From Candidatus Latescibacterota bacterium (GTDB lineage: Bacteria; Latescibacterota; UBA2968), in assembly GCA_965204375.1 (NCBI GenBank), contig OZ241986.1, positions 3,648,001 through 3,712,000 of the forward strand: a stretch of 64,000 bases of DNA, given 5' to 3'. Under the pieces are notes generated by a model. That model ran no database searches and had not been told where the DNA came from. It saw nothing but the letters and a program-made list of their open reading frames with translations. Every line of letters starts with the position of its first letter. Position 1 is the first letter of the stretch. Of this stretch, positions 38,354 through 48,299 are shown one piece after another. The position numbers were made by a program, and so were the translations under genes.

Positions 38354-39205
38354 ATGTCCAAAATACTGATTGCTGAAGACGACGGCCCAACCAGAGTGCT
38401 GGTAGAAGCCATACTCGAAGACGCCGGGTACACAATAGAAACGGTTACCGATGGAACAAAAGCTTATGACCGAATCGCCACAACCCCATTCGACTTGCTC
38501 CTTACAGATATATGGATGCCCGGACTCAACGGTTTGGAATTGTTGTCCAAAATCCAGACCCTGCCCTCACCCCCGACAGTTATCGTCATGACCTCCGATG
38601 ACACCTCAGACACCCTCCTCAAAGCAATCCGAGAACAGGCATACCACTATATCCCAAAACCCATAGATCCGCAGGAATTGACACGCCTCGTCCAGGATGG
38701 CCTCAGTGCAAGTCGCCAGGAAACATTTATCGAAGTGACATCGGCAACCCCAAACTGGGTTGAACTCCTGGTGCCCTGCGACCAAAAATCAGCGGGACGG
38801 ATGCGCAATTTCGTGATGCAATTAGAAGCCGGTCTGCCCGAAGACCTCCGCGAGACCATCGCGATGTCATTCTACGAACTCCTCGCCAATGCCATTGAAT
38901 GGGGCGGACAACTCGACCCGAGCAAAAAGGTTCGAATCGCGTTTCTCCGCTTTGAACGCATGCTCATGTTCCGCATCGCAGATCCCGGATCGGGTTTTGA
39001 CATGGATGAACTCGAACATGCGGCCCTCAACAACCCCGACGATCCCATCGCCCACATGAGCGTCAGAGAAAACCGGGGATTGCGCCCGGGTGGGTTTGGC
39101 CTGCTAATGGTCAAAACCAGCGCAGACGAATTGATCTACAACGAAGCGCGCAACGAAGTGGCCTTTGTCAAATACCTCGCCCCCCCCAAAGACACCAACA
39201 GGTAA
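38354..39205 (+). CDS. Response regulator fused to an RsbW-like anti-sigma kinase (HATPase_c_2)
   Basis: IAEDD, TDIWMPG, PKP; ELLANAIEWG...IADPGSGFD...GGFGLLMV. Confidence 0.85.
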   Translation: MSKILIAEDDGPTRVLVEAILEDAGYTIETVTDGTKAYDRIATTPFDLLLTDIWMPGLNGLELLSKIQTLPSPPTVIVMTSDDTSDTLLKAIREQAYHYIPKPIDPQELTRLVQDGLSASRQETFIEVTSATPNWVELLVPCDQKSAGRMRNFVMQLEAGLPEDLRETIAMSFYELLANAIEWGGQLDPSKKVRIAFLRFERMLMFRIADPGSGFDMDELEHAALNNPDDPIAHMSVRENRGLRPGGFGLLMVKTSADELIYNEARNEVAFVKYLAPPKDTNR

Positions 39206-39207
39206 CC

Positions 39208-39258
39208 ACAAAAAGCAAAAGGGCTGCACACTCATTGCACAGACCTTTTGTCTTTTGT
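39208..39258. terminator. Bidirectional terminator between convergent genes
   Basis: ACAAAAAGCAAAAGGGCTG...CAGACCTTTTGTCTTTTGT. Confidence 0.5.
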
Positions 39259-39280
39259 ACTGAAAGAATCCGTCACACAA

Positions 39281-40468
39281 TCATTTCTCTCCCACAACAC
39301 CACAATAATCGACTGCAGCCAACGCGTACACCTGCGCTGCCCGCTCCAACCGATCCACCTCTACCCATTCTACATCCGCGTGTGCCGTCTCATTCGAGGG
39401 ACCGTAATAAAAAGTCGGCACCCTCGTCCCGTGCACGTATAAATTGGCATCTCCCACAATCCGCATCCCCACCAGCTCCGCATCCTGGCCCGTCACCTGT
39501 GTATGCGCCCGGGCCACCGCCTGCACTGCCGCATCGTCGGCACGGGTATCAAAAGGCTCGCGCTCGTGCTCCATCTCGACCCGCAGACTCAACTTCCCGG
39601 CCTCGGCAAAAGGCCGCGCCAGATCTTCCAACTCCGCCAACACCTGTGGCGCAGTGCGCCCCGGCAGCCAGCGCCTGGTCCCGGTCAGAGTACAACACAG
39701 AGGCGTGCGATTAAAATAGTCGCCCCCGGTGACAATACCCAGATCAATTCGCTCTGCCCCGGCAAGAGCGTGTGCTGGCCCAGCATCGAGTTCAAGCTGA
39801 TACTGGTGAATCCGCTCGATAAGCGCGCCCACAAAGCGGATCGGATTCTCTGCAAAAGGCACGTACTGCGTGTGCTTGCCGCCAGCATCCGATTCGAGCG
39901 TGATGGTAAAAACCATCGACCCCATGCTCATCACCCACAGCGCGTCGCGCCCCTCGACAATCAAAATTCGATCTCCGCCAATCCGGCCACTATTGCGATC
40001 GGCAATCAGCGCCCATGGCCCATCCTTTTGCGCCTCGACCTCCTCGTGCCCCACAACCGCCGTCAGCCACAAATCGCCCCGCAACGCCACACCACTTTCC
40101 ATGAGTGCCTTAACCGCGCCCAGAGCCGCAGCCATACCCCCTTTCATATCGGTCGCTCCCCGCCCATACACGCGATTGCCCTCGCGGCGAGCGGGCGGAC
40201 AATCCCCCACGGGAATCGTATCGAGATGCCCATTGAGCATCAGAGAGGGGCCATCCCCCTGCCCTGCTATACGCGCGTAGAGATTATTCCGCCCCGGAGT
40301 AACTTCCCGCACATCCACTTCCAGACCAATCCCGCGCATCATATCGCAATACGCGCGGCAGACTTCGGCTTCATCCATCGTAACGCTGTATATATCGACC
40401 AATTCCAGAGTCCGATCAGCCACCCACTCCCGGTCAATAGCCGCTATAAGTTCTTCTGTATGCATCAC
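39281..40468 (-). CDS. M20/M25/M40 metallo-hydrolase (ArgE/DapE-like)
   Basis: LNGHLDT, GRGATDMKGG, VGHEE, AHADVE. Confidence 0.88.
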   Translation of the reverse strand: MMHTEELIAAIDREWVADRTLELVDIYSVTMDEAEVCRAYCDMMRGIGLEVDVREVTPGRNNLYARIAGQGDGPSLMLNGHLDTIPVGDCPPARREGNRVYGRGATDMKGGMAAALGAVKALMESGVALRGDLWLTAVVGHEEVEAQKDGPWALIADRNSGRIGGDRILIVEGRDALWVMSMGSMVFTITLESDAGGKHTQYVPFAENPIRFVGALIERIHQYQLELDAGPAHALAGAERIDLGIVTGGDYFNRTPLCCTLTGTRRWLPGRTAPQVLAELEDLARPFAEAGKLSLRVEMEHEREPFDTRADDAAVQAVARAHTQVTGQDAELVGMRIVGDANLYVHGTRVPTFYYGPSNETAHADVEWVEVDRLERAAQVYALAAVDYCGVVGEK

Positions 40469-41362
40469 CTAATCATCTCGCCCCGGGAAAGTCAACTCGG
40501 CAACACCCGACTTGTCCAGATCGCCCTTGCCCTTCTCTTTCAAAAGCTCAAACTGGGCTTTTGTCGCCTCTGCCAACGGAAGATTGATACCAGCATCATA
40601 AGCGAGCGAAAGCGCAATCCCCGAATCTTTCGCCGCATGATCGGCGGAAAAATAACACTCGTGATCGCGGATGACCATATCTTCCCCATCGGTCTCCAAC
40701 ACGCGGGAATTTGCCCCCGTCTGTGAAAACACCTCCATGAGCATATTCAAATCCAAGCCGAGCGCGGCACCCAACCCCAGCCCCTCTGCCAGACCAGCGG
40801 TATTGATATTCATAACCATATTGACGAGTGCCTTGACCTGCGCGGCCTGCCCCGCTTCGCCGATATAGATCAAATTCGTACTCATAGACTCGAGAATCGG
40901 ACTCGCCTGGTCAAAAACAGCGCGCTTACCGCCACACATCAAATAGAGCGTCCCCTCACGCGCCTGTGTAATACTACTGGCCATGCACCCCTCCAGACTA
41001 TTTGCACCCGCCTGCTCTGCAAGACCCTCGACATCCACGTGAATCTGTGGCGTAATCGTCGCGCAATTGATAAAAACCTTGCCCTGAGCACCCTGCAGCA
41101 GACTATCGCCAGACTCGGCATAAATAGTCCCCATCGCAGCATCATCTGTCACAACCGTAATGATATAATCTGCAGCAGCCGTCACACCCGCGAGTTCCGT
41201 ATGTGCCTCACAGCCCAACTCGCTGGCAAGATCCGATGCGACCTCTGCGCGAATATCGTACACCGCCTCAACCGAAAACCCCTCGTCATTGAGATGTCGC
41301 GCAATATTCGCGCCCATTCGACCAACGCCAACCACGCCAATTGTGTAATCTGAATTTGCCAT
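40469..41362 (-). CDS. NAD(P)-dependent oxidoreductase, 3-hydroxyisobutyrate dehydrogenase family
   Basis: GVVGVGRMG, GTLYLMCGG, VKALVN, AAKDSG. Confidence 0.88.
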   Translation of the reverse strand: MANSDYTIGVVGVGRMGANIARHLNDEGFSVEAVYDIRAEVASDLASELGCEAHTELAGVTAAADYIITVVTDDAAMGTIYAESGDSLLQGAQGKVFINCATITPQIHVDVEGLAEQAGANSLEGCMASSITQAREGTLYLMCGGKRAVFDQASPILESMSTNLIYIGEAGQAAQVKALVNMVMNINTAGLAEGLGLGAALGLDLNMLMEVFSQTGANSRVLETDGEDMVIRDHECYFSADHAAKDSGIALSLAYDAGINLPLAEATKAQFELLKEKGKGDLDKSGVAELTFPGRDD

Positions 41363-41440
41363 ATCTACCTCGATAGTTTAAGGATGAAAAAAATTCTCGT
41401 AATAATGTATTTTTCAAAACGCGGACCTGTCAAGAACTAA

Positions 41441-42406
41441 CTACCTGCGCCCGGCCAAACGCTCGAGAACGAGCACCAGTCCCAGCCCCAAAAGCGCGAG
41501 TCCTATTGCCCCTATCACCTCGTCCGACCAAACCTCGGGCAACGCATTTACCTGAACCAGAGGCACCACCTCGCCGTGCCGATTGACCATCGTCTCCACC
41601 GTCTCTTTCCACGGCCAGATCTTCCTGAGCGACCCCAGCATCAACCCGGTCAACAGCGCAATCGTCAAATCGTGATAATGCCGAAAAAACCAGTTCAAAA
41701 CGCGCGAAAACGCCATCAGCCCAACCACAGCACCCGCACCAAACAGTGCAATGGTAAACAGATCGCGCGTATTGACTGCGTTGAGAAGATACGGATATTG
41801 CCCCAGCAAAACCAGCACAAAGGACCCGGAAATACCGGGCAAAATCATCGCGCAAATCGCAACCAAAGCAGAACAAAAAATATACGGCGGACTATGCGGC
41901 ATTTCGACCGGCACCAGCCCGACCAAAAAATACGCGCATAGCGTTGCCCCAACAGCGCCCAAAAACATTCTCAAATTCCACTTTGGGATACGCCGCCCCA
42001 CCGTAAAAACAGACGCCAGCACCAGACCAAAGAAAAAGGACCACAGAAAAACAGGCTCATTGTCCAGCAAATAAGTAATCGCGCGCGACAGTGAAAAAAT
42101 CGCAACGAGAATCCCCGCGACAAGCGCGCACAAAAAAGGCCATCGCACATAATTGACCAACGCTCTTATACGCAACCCCATCAGAAGCCGCGCAGATCGC
42201 GCATCAAAAGAACGGATCGAAAGAATCAACTCTTCATAAATCCCCGTAATCAGTGCCATAGTGCCCCCCGACACGCCGGGCACAACATCGGCAGCCCCCA
42301 TGCACACACCCCTCAGCGCAATGCCGAAATAGCTTCTCAAAGACCGCTTTGGTCTGTGCGCCATCTCTTCCATTTCCATATACTCTCCCGGTTCATCTAC
42401 GTTCAT
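41441..42406 (-). CDS. DUF368 domain membrane protein
   Basis: GVCMGAADVVPGVSGGTMALITGIYE and AMILPGISGSFVL. Confidence 0.9.
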   Translation of the reverse strand: MNVDEPGEYMEMEEMAHRPKRSLRSYFGIALRGVCMGAADVVPGVSGGTMALITGIYEELILSIRSFDARSARLLMGLRIRALVNYVRWPFLCALVAGILVAIFSLSRAITYLLDNEPVFLWSFFFGLVLASVFTVGRRIPKWNLRMFLGAVGATLCAYFLVGLVPVEMPHSPPYIFCSALVAICAMILPGISGSFVLVLLGQYPYLLNAVNTRDLFTIALFGAGAVVGLMAFSRVLNWFFRHYHDLTIALLTGLMLGSLRKIWPWKETVETMVNRHGEVVPLVQVNALPEVWSDEVIGAIGLALLGLGLVLVLERLAGRR

Positions 42407-42582
42407 CTGCGTAAAACGCTCAAATTACTCGCGTTTTTTCTGCGGATCACACTTCAAAATATAGAACGAGAATTCACTACACACAACAGTTTGTCCTTGA
42501 CAAGGCAATAATTCCCTTTTTATTGTTCGCGGCGGGATAATGACGGATTCTATTTGCATCGATGTTTTGACAGGAGATTTTT

Positions 42583-43092
42583 ATGTGGCGCACATCTATA
42601 ACACTCGTCTTTTGTGCCTTATTAATTGGTTGTGGCGACGACATCAAATACCAGGCAGAGCTTCGCGGAACCTGGCTGTTGGAGTCTCGCAAACCCGCGC
42701 AGGGTGAAATCATCCAGAGCCCGCAAATCAGCGGCCTCATCGAATGGTTTCCAACCACACCCACCCAGGCCAAGGTACATCTCTCAGTAACGGACGACAG
42801 ACAGAGCATCAGAGTCATCGACCGTTTATACGATCTACAGGGCACGGCATTTACATATCAATCCAAACTCAGAATCGGCTCGGTAGAAACAGATAGCACA
42901 GATGCAGTTTATGACACAACATCCCAAAATGGCACGGGACAAATCTCCTCTGACGATGCGCGCGTCACACTCACCCACGACAACGGAACGAAATTTGAAT
43001 TCATCGGCACACAACTCACCGTAACATATTCAAACGGTGTAGTCGATACGTGGACACTCAACAAAGATCAAAAAGGTGTTTTGGCAAAATAA
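42583..43092 (+). CDS. Putative lipoprotein (lipocalin-like beta barrel)
   Basis: Lipobox LLIGC; LRGTWLL. Confidence 0.6.
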   Translation: MWRTSITLVFCALLIGCGDDIKYQAELRGTWLLESRKPAQGEIIQSPQISGLIEWFPTTPTQAKVHLSVTDDRQSIRVIDRLYDLQGTAFTYQSKLRIGSVETDSTDAVYDTTSQNGTGQISSDDARVTLTHDNGTKFEFIGTQLTVTYSNGVVDTWTLNKDQKGVLAK

Positions 43093-43182
43093 AAAATCAT
43101 TCTCAAAACGCGGTTCAGATCACCAGCGCCTCCCCAATCATTCGCGTGCTGGTCGATGAACCATATTCAAAAGGAGTAAAAA

Positions 43183-43623
43183 ATGGCAGGAACAATCCCC
43201 CTCATCAGTTCAGGTGTAGCAGGACCAGCGGGCGTACTTCATCTTCCTCGCCTGTGGAGCAAAGTCCTGTTGGGCGCCACGGGCAACCTCGAAGAAGGAT
43301 ATGACCAGTGCGGCATGGGTTACGACCAGATGGTTCTCGATGGCCTGGGTCTCGACCGCGATGCCACCGTCGCCTATCTCACCGAAAATCTGCCCTCCTA
43401 TCCGGAATTCGAAGCTTGGGTAATCGAACAGAGCGGCGGCAGCCTCGACAGCAATGCCGTTGCAGAACTCAACGCCGCAATTGAAGGTTACAACCACGCA
43501 GACGATGTCCGCGGGGCCATCCTCGGTGGTGCAGGCATTGACGACGACGGCACAATTCTCGACGCCGTCAACCTGAACAACCTCGATGACTGGACAGAAT
43601 TTCACGCACAACTGACGGGATAG
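43183..43623 (+). CDS. DUF5069-like protein
   Basis: GVLHLPRLWSK...GYD...LDGLGLD...LNNLDDW; RBS AAGGAG. Confidence 0.65.
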   Translation: MAGTIPLISSGVAGPAGVLHLPRLWSKVLLGATGNLEEGYDQCGMGYDQMVLDGLGLDRDATVAYLTENLPSYPEFEAWVIEQSGGSLDSNAVAELNAAIEGYNHADDVRGAILGGAGIDDDGTILDAVNLNNLDDWTEFHAQLTG

Positions 43624-43645
43624 ACACCCGTCCATCTCGCACAAA

Positions 43646-43682
43646 AAATCCCAGAATGGGAAAAACCATTCTGGGATTTTCT
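43646..43682 (+). terminator. Rho-independent terminator
   Basis: AAAATCCCAGAATGG-gaaaaa-CCATTCTGGGATTTT. Confidence 0.75.
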
Positions 43683-43861
43683 CTATACCGCTTTCAGGAG
43701 ACCACCATGTTACGAGGTCTTCAATCCATAGATAATAACAATAAAATAGGCTGCGGGAGGGGAGGACCGGTCCCTAATTTTTCTGGCAAAAACCAGAGAA
43801 ACATCCCGCAGCCGTTGAGTTTTTCTGAGTTTGTATTCACACATTTCCAAAATGGCAACTA

Positions 43862-43940
43862 ATATTCTCAAGTTATTAGCTTGAGATACATCCCATCGCC
43901 GACATTTGACTTGCCAGAATCTGTCGGCGACTTCTTTATA
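43862..43940. ncRNA. Conserved two-hairpin element, copy A (homologous to 54012-54090)
   Basis: TCTCAAGT-N5-GCTTGAGA plus TCGCCGACA...TGTCGGCGA; aligns by eye with copy B. Confidence 0.5.
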
Positions 43941-44034
43941 ATAATACAATTGTCACTACAATTTCAACATCAAAAAATTACGCGTACGTCTGATTTCTTA
44001 CGCATACGTCCTCTTTTTTGCATTATATGCCTAA

Positions 44035-44727
44035 TTACTTACGCGCATGTCCTTTTCGATAAGCACGAGGAGACATGCCATATAATCTCTTAAAAGCTTC
44101 GTTTAAACGCGACGATGAACGAAAACCACAGTGTGCTGCAATTTCAAAAATTGGCAATGGAGTTTCTTCAATCAATAATTTTGCCTTTTCAATTCTAACC
44201 TTCCTCAATGATTCACGGAAAGTCTTACCCAAATGTTTTTTGAACAATGCGTAACCATGCGACTTAGAAAATCGAAAATAGCGCATGACGTCTTCAAATT
44301 TTAGATCTGGATTGCTGTAACACTCCTCCAAAAATACTTCAAACCTGGTCTTCCACATATCTCGTGGAGGCATATATCTTTTGACCTGTGTCAAAAAAAC
44401 ATCTCTCTCTATTGGTTTGTCAAATACACTTGTAGCGCCAGCCTTGATCAGTTGTTCGCCCAATTCTGCAGATCGCAAACTTGTCATGATCAGCATAGCT
44501 GTCTGAATTTTTTCCTCCTTCACATGCTTCAATAGCGTTATACCATCTATACCCTCTACATGTAGCTCAACAACAGCAAGAGCAATCTCCTCTTTTTTCA
44601 AAATTTCAAGACCTTCTATCCCATATCCTGCCAGACATATTTCATAGGGTTCATCCCACAAGAATCCTGCAAGCTGTGAGATTACAAGCAGGTCATGATC
44701 TACAATCAGAATTTTCTGCTTTTCCAT
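44035..44727 (-). CDS. Atypical response regulator (pseudo-receiver + AraC HTH)
   Basis: KILIVDHD...LAVVELHV (phospho-Asp replaced by Glu); AraC motif LFKKHLGKTF...EIAAHCGF...FKRLYGMSPRAYR. Confidence 0.85.
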   Translation of the reverse strand: MEKQKILIVDHDLLVISQLAGFLWDEPYEICLAGYGIEGLEILKKEEIALAVVELHVEGIDGITLLKHVKEEKIQTAMLIMTSLRSAELGEQLIKAGATSVFDKPIERDVFLTQVKRYMPPRDMWKTRFEVFLEECYSNPDLKFEDVMRYFRFSKSHGYALFKKHLGKTFRESLRKVRIEKAKLLIEETPLPIFEIAAHCGFRSSSRLNEAFKRLYGMSPRAYRKGHARK

Positions 44728-44857
44728 AATTCCTCCTGGAGAATTTGAGACCTATCCCTTCACGCTATTCAAGAGAGGCTTCTTGCCGCATAATATTTAT
44801 GTGCAATATCCGTCTATATTTTGCCACCATATTATAATCCGTTTAACCAATAAAAAA

Positions 44858-44947
44858 AAGGGTTATGCAATAAATACATAACCCCTGTCTTATTATGGTC
44901 GGAGCGACTGGATTTGAACCAGCACCCCCTATCACCCCAAGAGGGTG
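44858..44947 (-). repeat. Duplicated 3' end of tRNA-Pro(GGG) plus terminator hairpin (att site)
   Basis: TTATTATGGTCGGAGCGACTGGATTTGAACCAGC (44890-44923) is identical to 56400-56433 and continues imperfectly to ATCACCCCAAGA.GGTG; adjacent hairpin similar to 56371-56398. Confidence 0.9.
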
Positions 44948-45017
44948 TGTGTCGTTTTTTGTTTTGAGGTATTCTATAAAGCGTCATCAGATGCGTTGCT
45001 GTCGCGTGTACACCGCT

Positions 45018-46037
45018 TTAAAGAGCCTTCAAAACATCCTTCAGTATGCGCTCTTCCCTTTGAGAAATATCATCTAACAAGGTGATAATCTTCAGAATAC
45101 GATCTATATCCCACGCTCTCTTGACCTTCACTAACGCTCGCAATTTAAGCATCATCAGATGAATCTGATGCGCCTTCTGTTCAACCTCCTTGTACGCCTG
45201 ATGAAACTGGTCTGACGGACGCAAATACCCTCGCTCCTCCAGATAAGCAAGCCTGTCTAACATACAGTGCTTGTGCTCCCAAAGCGTGAACAAATGCCGC
45301 CGATCCCACAATCGAGGATGGACAAACAAATGCGTAAAGTAATCTCGCAAGAGCTTATACGTCCCCATCCCAAAGACGCCTTCAACTGGCTTGCGCAACG
45401 TCCGGTAGTGGATAGACGAATTCTCAGAATGGATGTAGGCTCGCAACTGGTCAATGACAGCATCAATATCAAACTCATAGATACCGTCCTCGTTATACTC
45501 AAAAAGGTCTATCCGATACGATCTTCGTTTCTCGGGATCAATCCAGCGAAACGCCGCTTCAAAATCTGAATACCCAACCCTGGAAACAGCGTAATCCCGC
45601 GCTCGATTAAATCCCAGAGTCTCAAGCGTTTCCGTATCGTCATCGTATCCGAATACGAGAATGGCATGCGGATGATGGATTTTCTCATAAAATGGCGTAT
45701 GTGGTAGAAAATACTCATCGGCCATCAACTGGACATAGAAGCCCTCATCAATCTGATCGCGAATAAACGGCACAATCTGGTTATATACTTTAGCAATTGA
45801 TCGCCTTGGAACAGTGTAGATAGACAGCCACGGCGGTGTGTATGGTCCCTGAAAATAGAAATTAAATCGAATGTTATGTTTGCTTTCATGCAACAGGTCA
45901 ACGGCGAACAGTTGGATGTAATTACAGAAGAACCAGGGAATATACGCATCGTGAAGCGACATAATCGAAAGCCGATAGCCATGGCGGGGATAACCGTGTA
46001 TGGGTGGGGATACCTGTATGGGAAGTGTTTTTTTCAT
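45018..46037 (-). CDS. BtrH N-terminal-like / papain-fold protein (putative ACP-dependent acyltransferase or peptidase)
   Basis: Likely start MKKTLPIQ (46037). WFFCNYIQL; FIRDQIDEGFYVQLMADEYFLP...HPHAILVFGYDD...LWEHKHCM. Confidence 0.6.
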   Translation of the reverse strand: MKKTLPIQVSPPIHGYPRHGYRLSIMSLHDAYIPWFFCNYIQLFAVDLLHESKHNIRFNFYFQGPYTPPWLSIYTVPRRSIAKVYNQIVPFIRDQIDEGFYVQLMADEYFLPHTPFYEKIHHPHAILVFGYDDDTETLETLGFNRARDYAVSRVGYSDFEAAFRWIDPEKRRSYRIDLFEYNEDGIYEFDIDAVIDQLRAYIHSENSSIHYRTLRKPVEGVFGMGTYKLLRDYFTHLFVHPRLWDRRHLFTLWEHKHCMLDRLAYLEERGYLRPSDQFHQAYKEVEQKAHQIHLMMLKLRALVKVKRAWDIDRILKIITLLDDISQREERILKDVLKAL

Positions 46038-46089
46038 GATGTGTCTCAAAACCCGTGTCATCTGAGTGCGAGCGAAAAATCTATTCTGT

Positions 46090-46356
46090 CTATCCGACAG
46101 CAGGTACCTTCTGTAGTGCTGTGCGAACATAATCGGCCATAGTCTGTACGCTATCAAATAGTTCCACGCGCAAATCTTCATCTGGAACTTCAATGTCAAA
46201 TTCCTCTTCCAGCCCCACAACGATCTCAACCGTCGCCATTGAATTAAGCCCCAGACCACCGCCAAAAAGCGCGTCTTCATCGTCAATTTCTTCTGTGTCA
46301 ACTTCAAGAGACAACGTGCGAATGATCACCTGTTTGACCCGATGTTCAATAGACAT
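46090..46356 (-). CDS. Stand-alone acyl carrier protein
   Basis: LFGGGLGLNSMATVEIVVGLEEEFDIEVPDEDL (Ppant Ser in GLNS); RBS GGAGG. Confidence 0.9.
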   Translation of the reverse strand: MSIEHRVKQVIIRTLSLEVDTEEIDDEDALFGGGLGLNSMATVEIVVGLEEEFDIEVPDEDLRVELFDSVQTMADYVRTALQKVPAVG

Positions 46357-46364
46357 AACCCCTC

Positions 46365-48278
46365 CTATGCGATAGCTACCTCTGATGTATCATCCTGTGA
46401 AAAATATTGAATCACAGTTTCCACAAGACGTTGTTGACCCGTCTCTGAAAGAATCTCAATCGCAGGCACACAAAACGTATCTTGTAGTTTTTTGAGGTGC
46501 CGATCAATTTGAGATTGTGCCATCTTCCTGGGCGTAATCATACTGTGCTCATAAGCTGTTTGGATGTGTTTTTCGTGGTCGCCCATCGCCAGCAAGATAG
46601 TCGGTGCTTTGCACACCACACGTATGCCATCTATGGTATCGCGGATGTACTCTTCTGCATCAATGCTGTTGACCACCAGAATGCAGGCATCGGGTTTCAC
46701 CCCCAGTAAAAACGCCAGTGAAGACAAGCAATGTGTACTGTGTTCCTGGACATGATAGGGAATGGTCCCCGACTGAGAGCCTGTCAGGATAATATCGGGC
46801 TGTATGCGCTGGCAAATCTCCCGCATTTTGTAATCCAGATACGGGATATAATGTTGAAATGGCAGTTTGAGCGGCGAAGCATAGCCCATTGGAAAAACAG
46901 CATCCATGCCAAATAGCCGAGAATGGTGCTCGGTACCAATCTGCCCAACTTTATACCCTTTTTGGATGAGCCTGCGTCTGAGCGCGAGTTGTAAGGTGAA
47001 CTTGCCCTGCTGAGAACTCGTGCCCATCACAGACAGCACGGGCACATCTATAGGCGGGAGTGCGTTGAAATTTTGAATTGCCTGTGCAAGTTCTTCTCTA
47101 TGAACGTGAGGATAGGCAACGCACAGCCCCTTTTTGTCCGCTGTGTCATACAGATCACCGTAAAGGTTTGGGTCAAGTGCCTGAAAACTGAACACATGGC
47201 ATCCAGCATCGAGTGCCAATTGTACATATTCTCTGAGCAAATCGCGCTTGCGGATGCGAGATAGCTGATCCACATAACCCAGGATAAGCGTATCTACATC
47301 TGCTAAGGCGCGGCGGATATTCGGACTAATCCGCAGATTTGCAACAGGTTCGCCAATCACCTTACCCGCATCTTTGCCCACCATCCCTTTACCAATGGGA
47401 TCGGCGACGCCGACAATCTCAAAATCGAGTAAATTGCGATAACGCACCAGGCTATGCATCTCTTTGTTATACGGATACAACACGGCTTTCTTGATATAGG
47501 CATAATCCTCTTGAAAATCTTTTCGGTGTGACTGACCATCCGATTTGGACCTGTGAGATATTTCGTTTAATGCTTTTTCTTGTAATAATAACCGAATATC
47601 TTGAACAAAACATTTTGGATGCTGTTCCAATAGGTGTGCGATAATACCCGCAATATGGGGTGCAGCAAAGCTATTTCCCCCAGTCATAATGTGTTTTCCG
47701 TTTAACCAGCACACGCGCTGTTCATCCCCTCGCGCCACACATTCGATGCGCTGATCCTTGCGGTAATAAAATCCATCTGGTTCATAAATCACACCACCTG
47801 TCACACCAATCACTTCGGGAAATACCGCAGGATAACTCTCACCCCCGTCATTGCTCTCAGCAGCTACGAGAATCACGCCAGCATCAACCGCTTTACGGCA
47901 CACCTTTTGGAGAGTCTCCTTAAACGTCACATCCGTTGTGCCCAGGCTCAAATTCACCACATCCATCTCATTGTCAATGCACCACTGAATCGCCGCAATT
48001 AACGCCCGCCCATCCGCCATCAAAGACGCATCAAAAATCCGCACGCTATATAACACTACATCGGGAGCCTTCTTCCTGATAATCCCGGCACACGCTGTGC
48101 CATGTCCTGCACAGTCGGCGTGATCATCCCAAAACACAGTCTCACCATCTTGACCAATCTGAATATGAACACCGCCCGCAATTTCATCCACATCTGTATG
48201 AGATGCGTCTATGCCGCTATCAACAATAGCAATACGAATCCGAGAACGATTTTCTTTTGGCATGACATATTTCTCCAA
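46365..48278 (-). CDS. S8 (subtilisin-like) peptidase fused to a DUF1611/TIGR04066-like domain
   Basis: Triad IAIVDSGID / GHGTACAGII / GGNSFAAPH; C-terminal YPYNKEMHSL, VMGTSSQQGKFTLQL, GQIGTE, TGSQSG, KPDACILVVN. Confidence 0.8.
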   Translation of the reverse strand: MEKYVMPKENRSRIRIAIVDSGIDASHTDVDEIAGGVHIQIGQDGETVFWDDHADCAGHGTACAGIIRKKAPDVVLYSVRIFDASLMADGRALIAAIQWCIDNEMDVVNLSLGTTDVTFKETLQKVCRKAVDAGVILVAAESNDGGESYPAVFPEVIGVTGGVIYEPDGFYYRKDQRIECVARGDEQRVCWLNGKHIMTGGNSFAAPHIAGIIAHLLEQHPKCFVQDIRLLLQEKALNEISHRSKSDGQSHRKDFQEDYAYIKKAVLYPYNKEMHSLVRYRNLLDFEIVGVADPIGKGMVGKDAGKVIGEPVANLRISPNIRRALADVDTLILGYVDQLSRIRKRDLLREYVQLALDAGCHVFSFQALDPNLYGDLYDTADKKGLCVAYPHVHREELAQAIQNFNALPPIDVPVLSVMGTSSQQGKFTLQLALRRRLIQKGYKVGQIGTEHHSRLFGMDAVFPMGYASPLKLPFQHYIPYLDYKMREICQRIQPDIILTGSQSGTIPYHVQEHSTHCLSSLAFLLGVKPDACILVVNSIDAEEYIRDTIDGIRVVCKAPTILLAMGDHEKHIQTAYEHSMITPRKMAQSQIDRHLKKLQDTFCVPAIEILSETGQQRLVETVIQYFSQDDTSEVAIA

Positions 48279-48299
48279 CGAATGATGCTTAATCTCTGA

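Noticed and set aside
39503-40726. Long antisense ORFs (also 8578-9522, 60104-60811, 61572-62306)
   Set aside because: Shadows of well-supported genes on the opposite strand, with no motifs of their own
46038-46307. N-terminal 90 aa of the 429-aa ORF 45018..46307
   Set aside because: Overlaps the ACP gene in another frame; the real start is most likely 46037 (or 46061)
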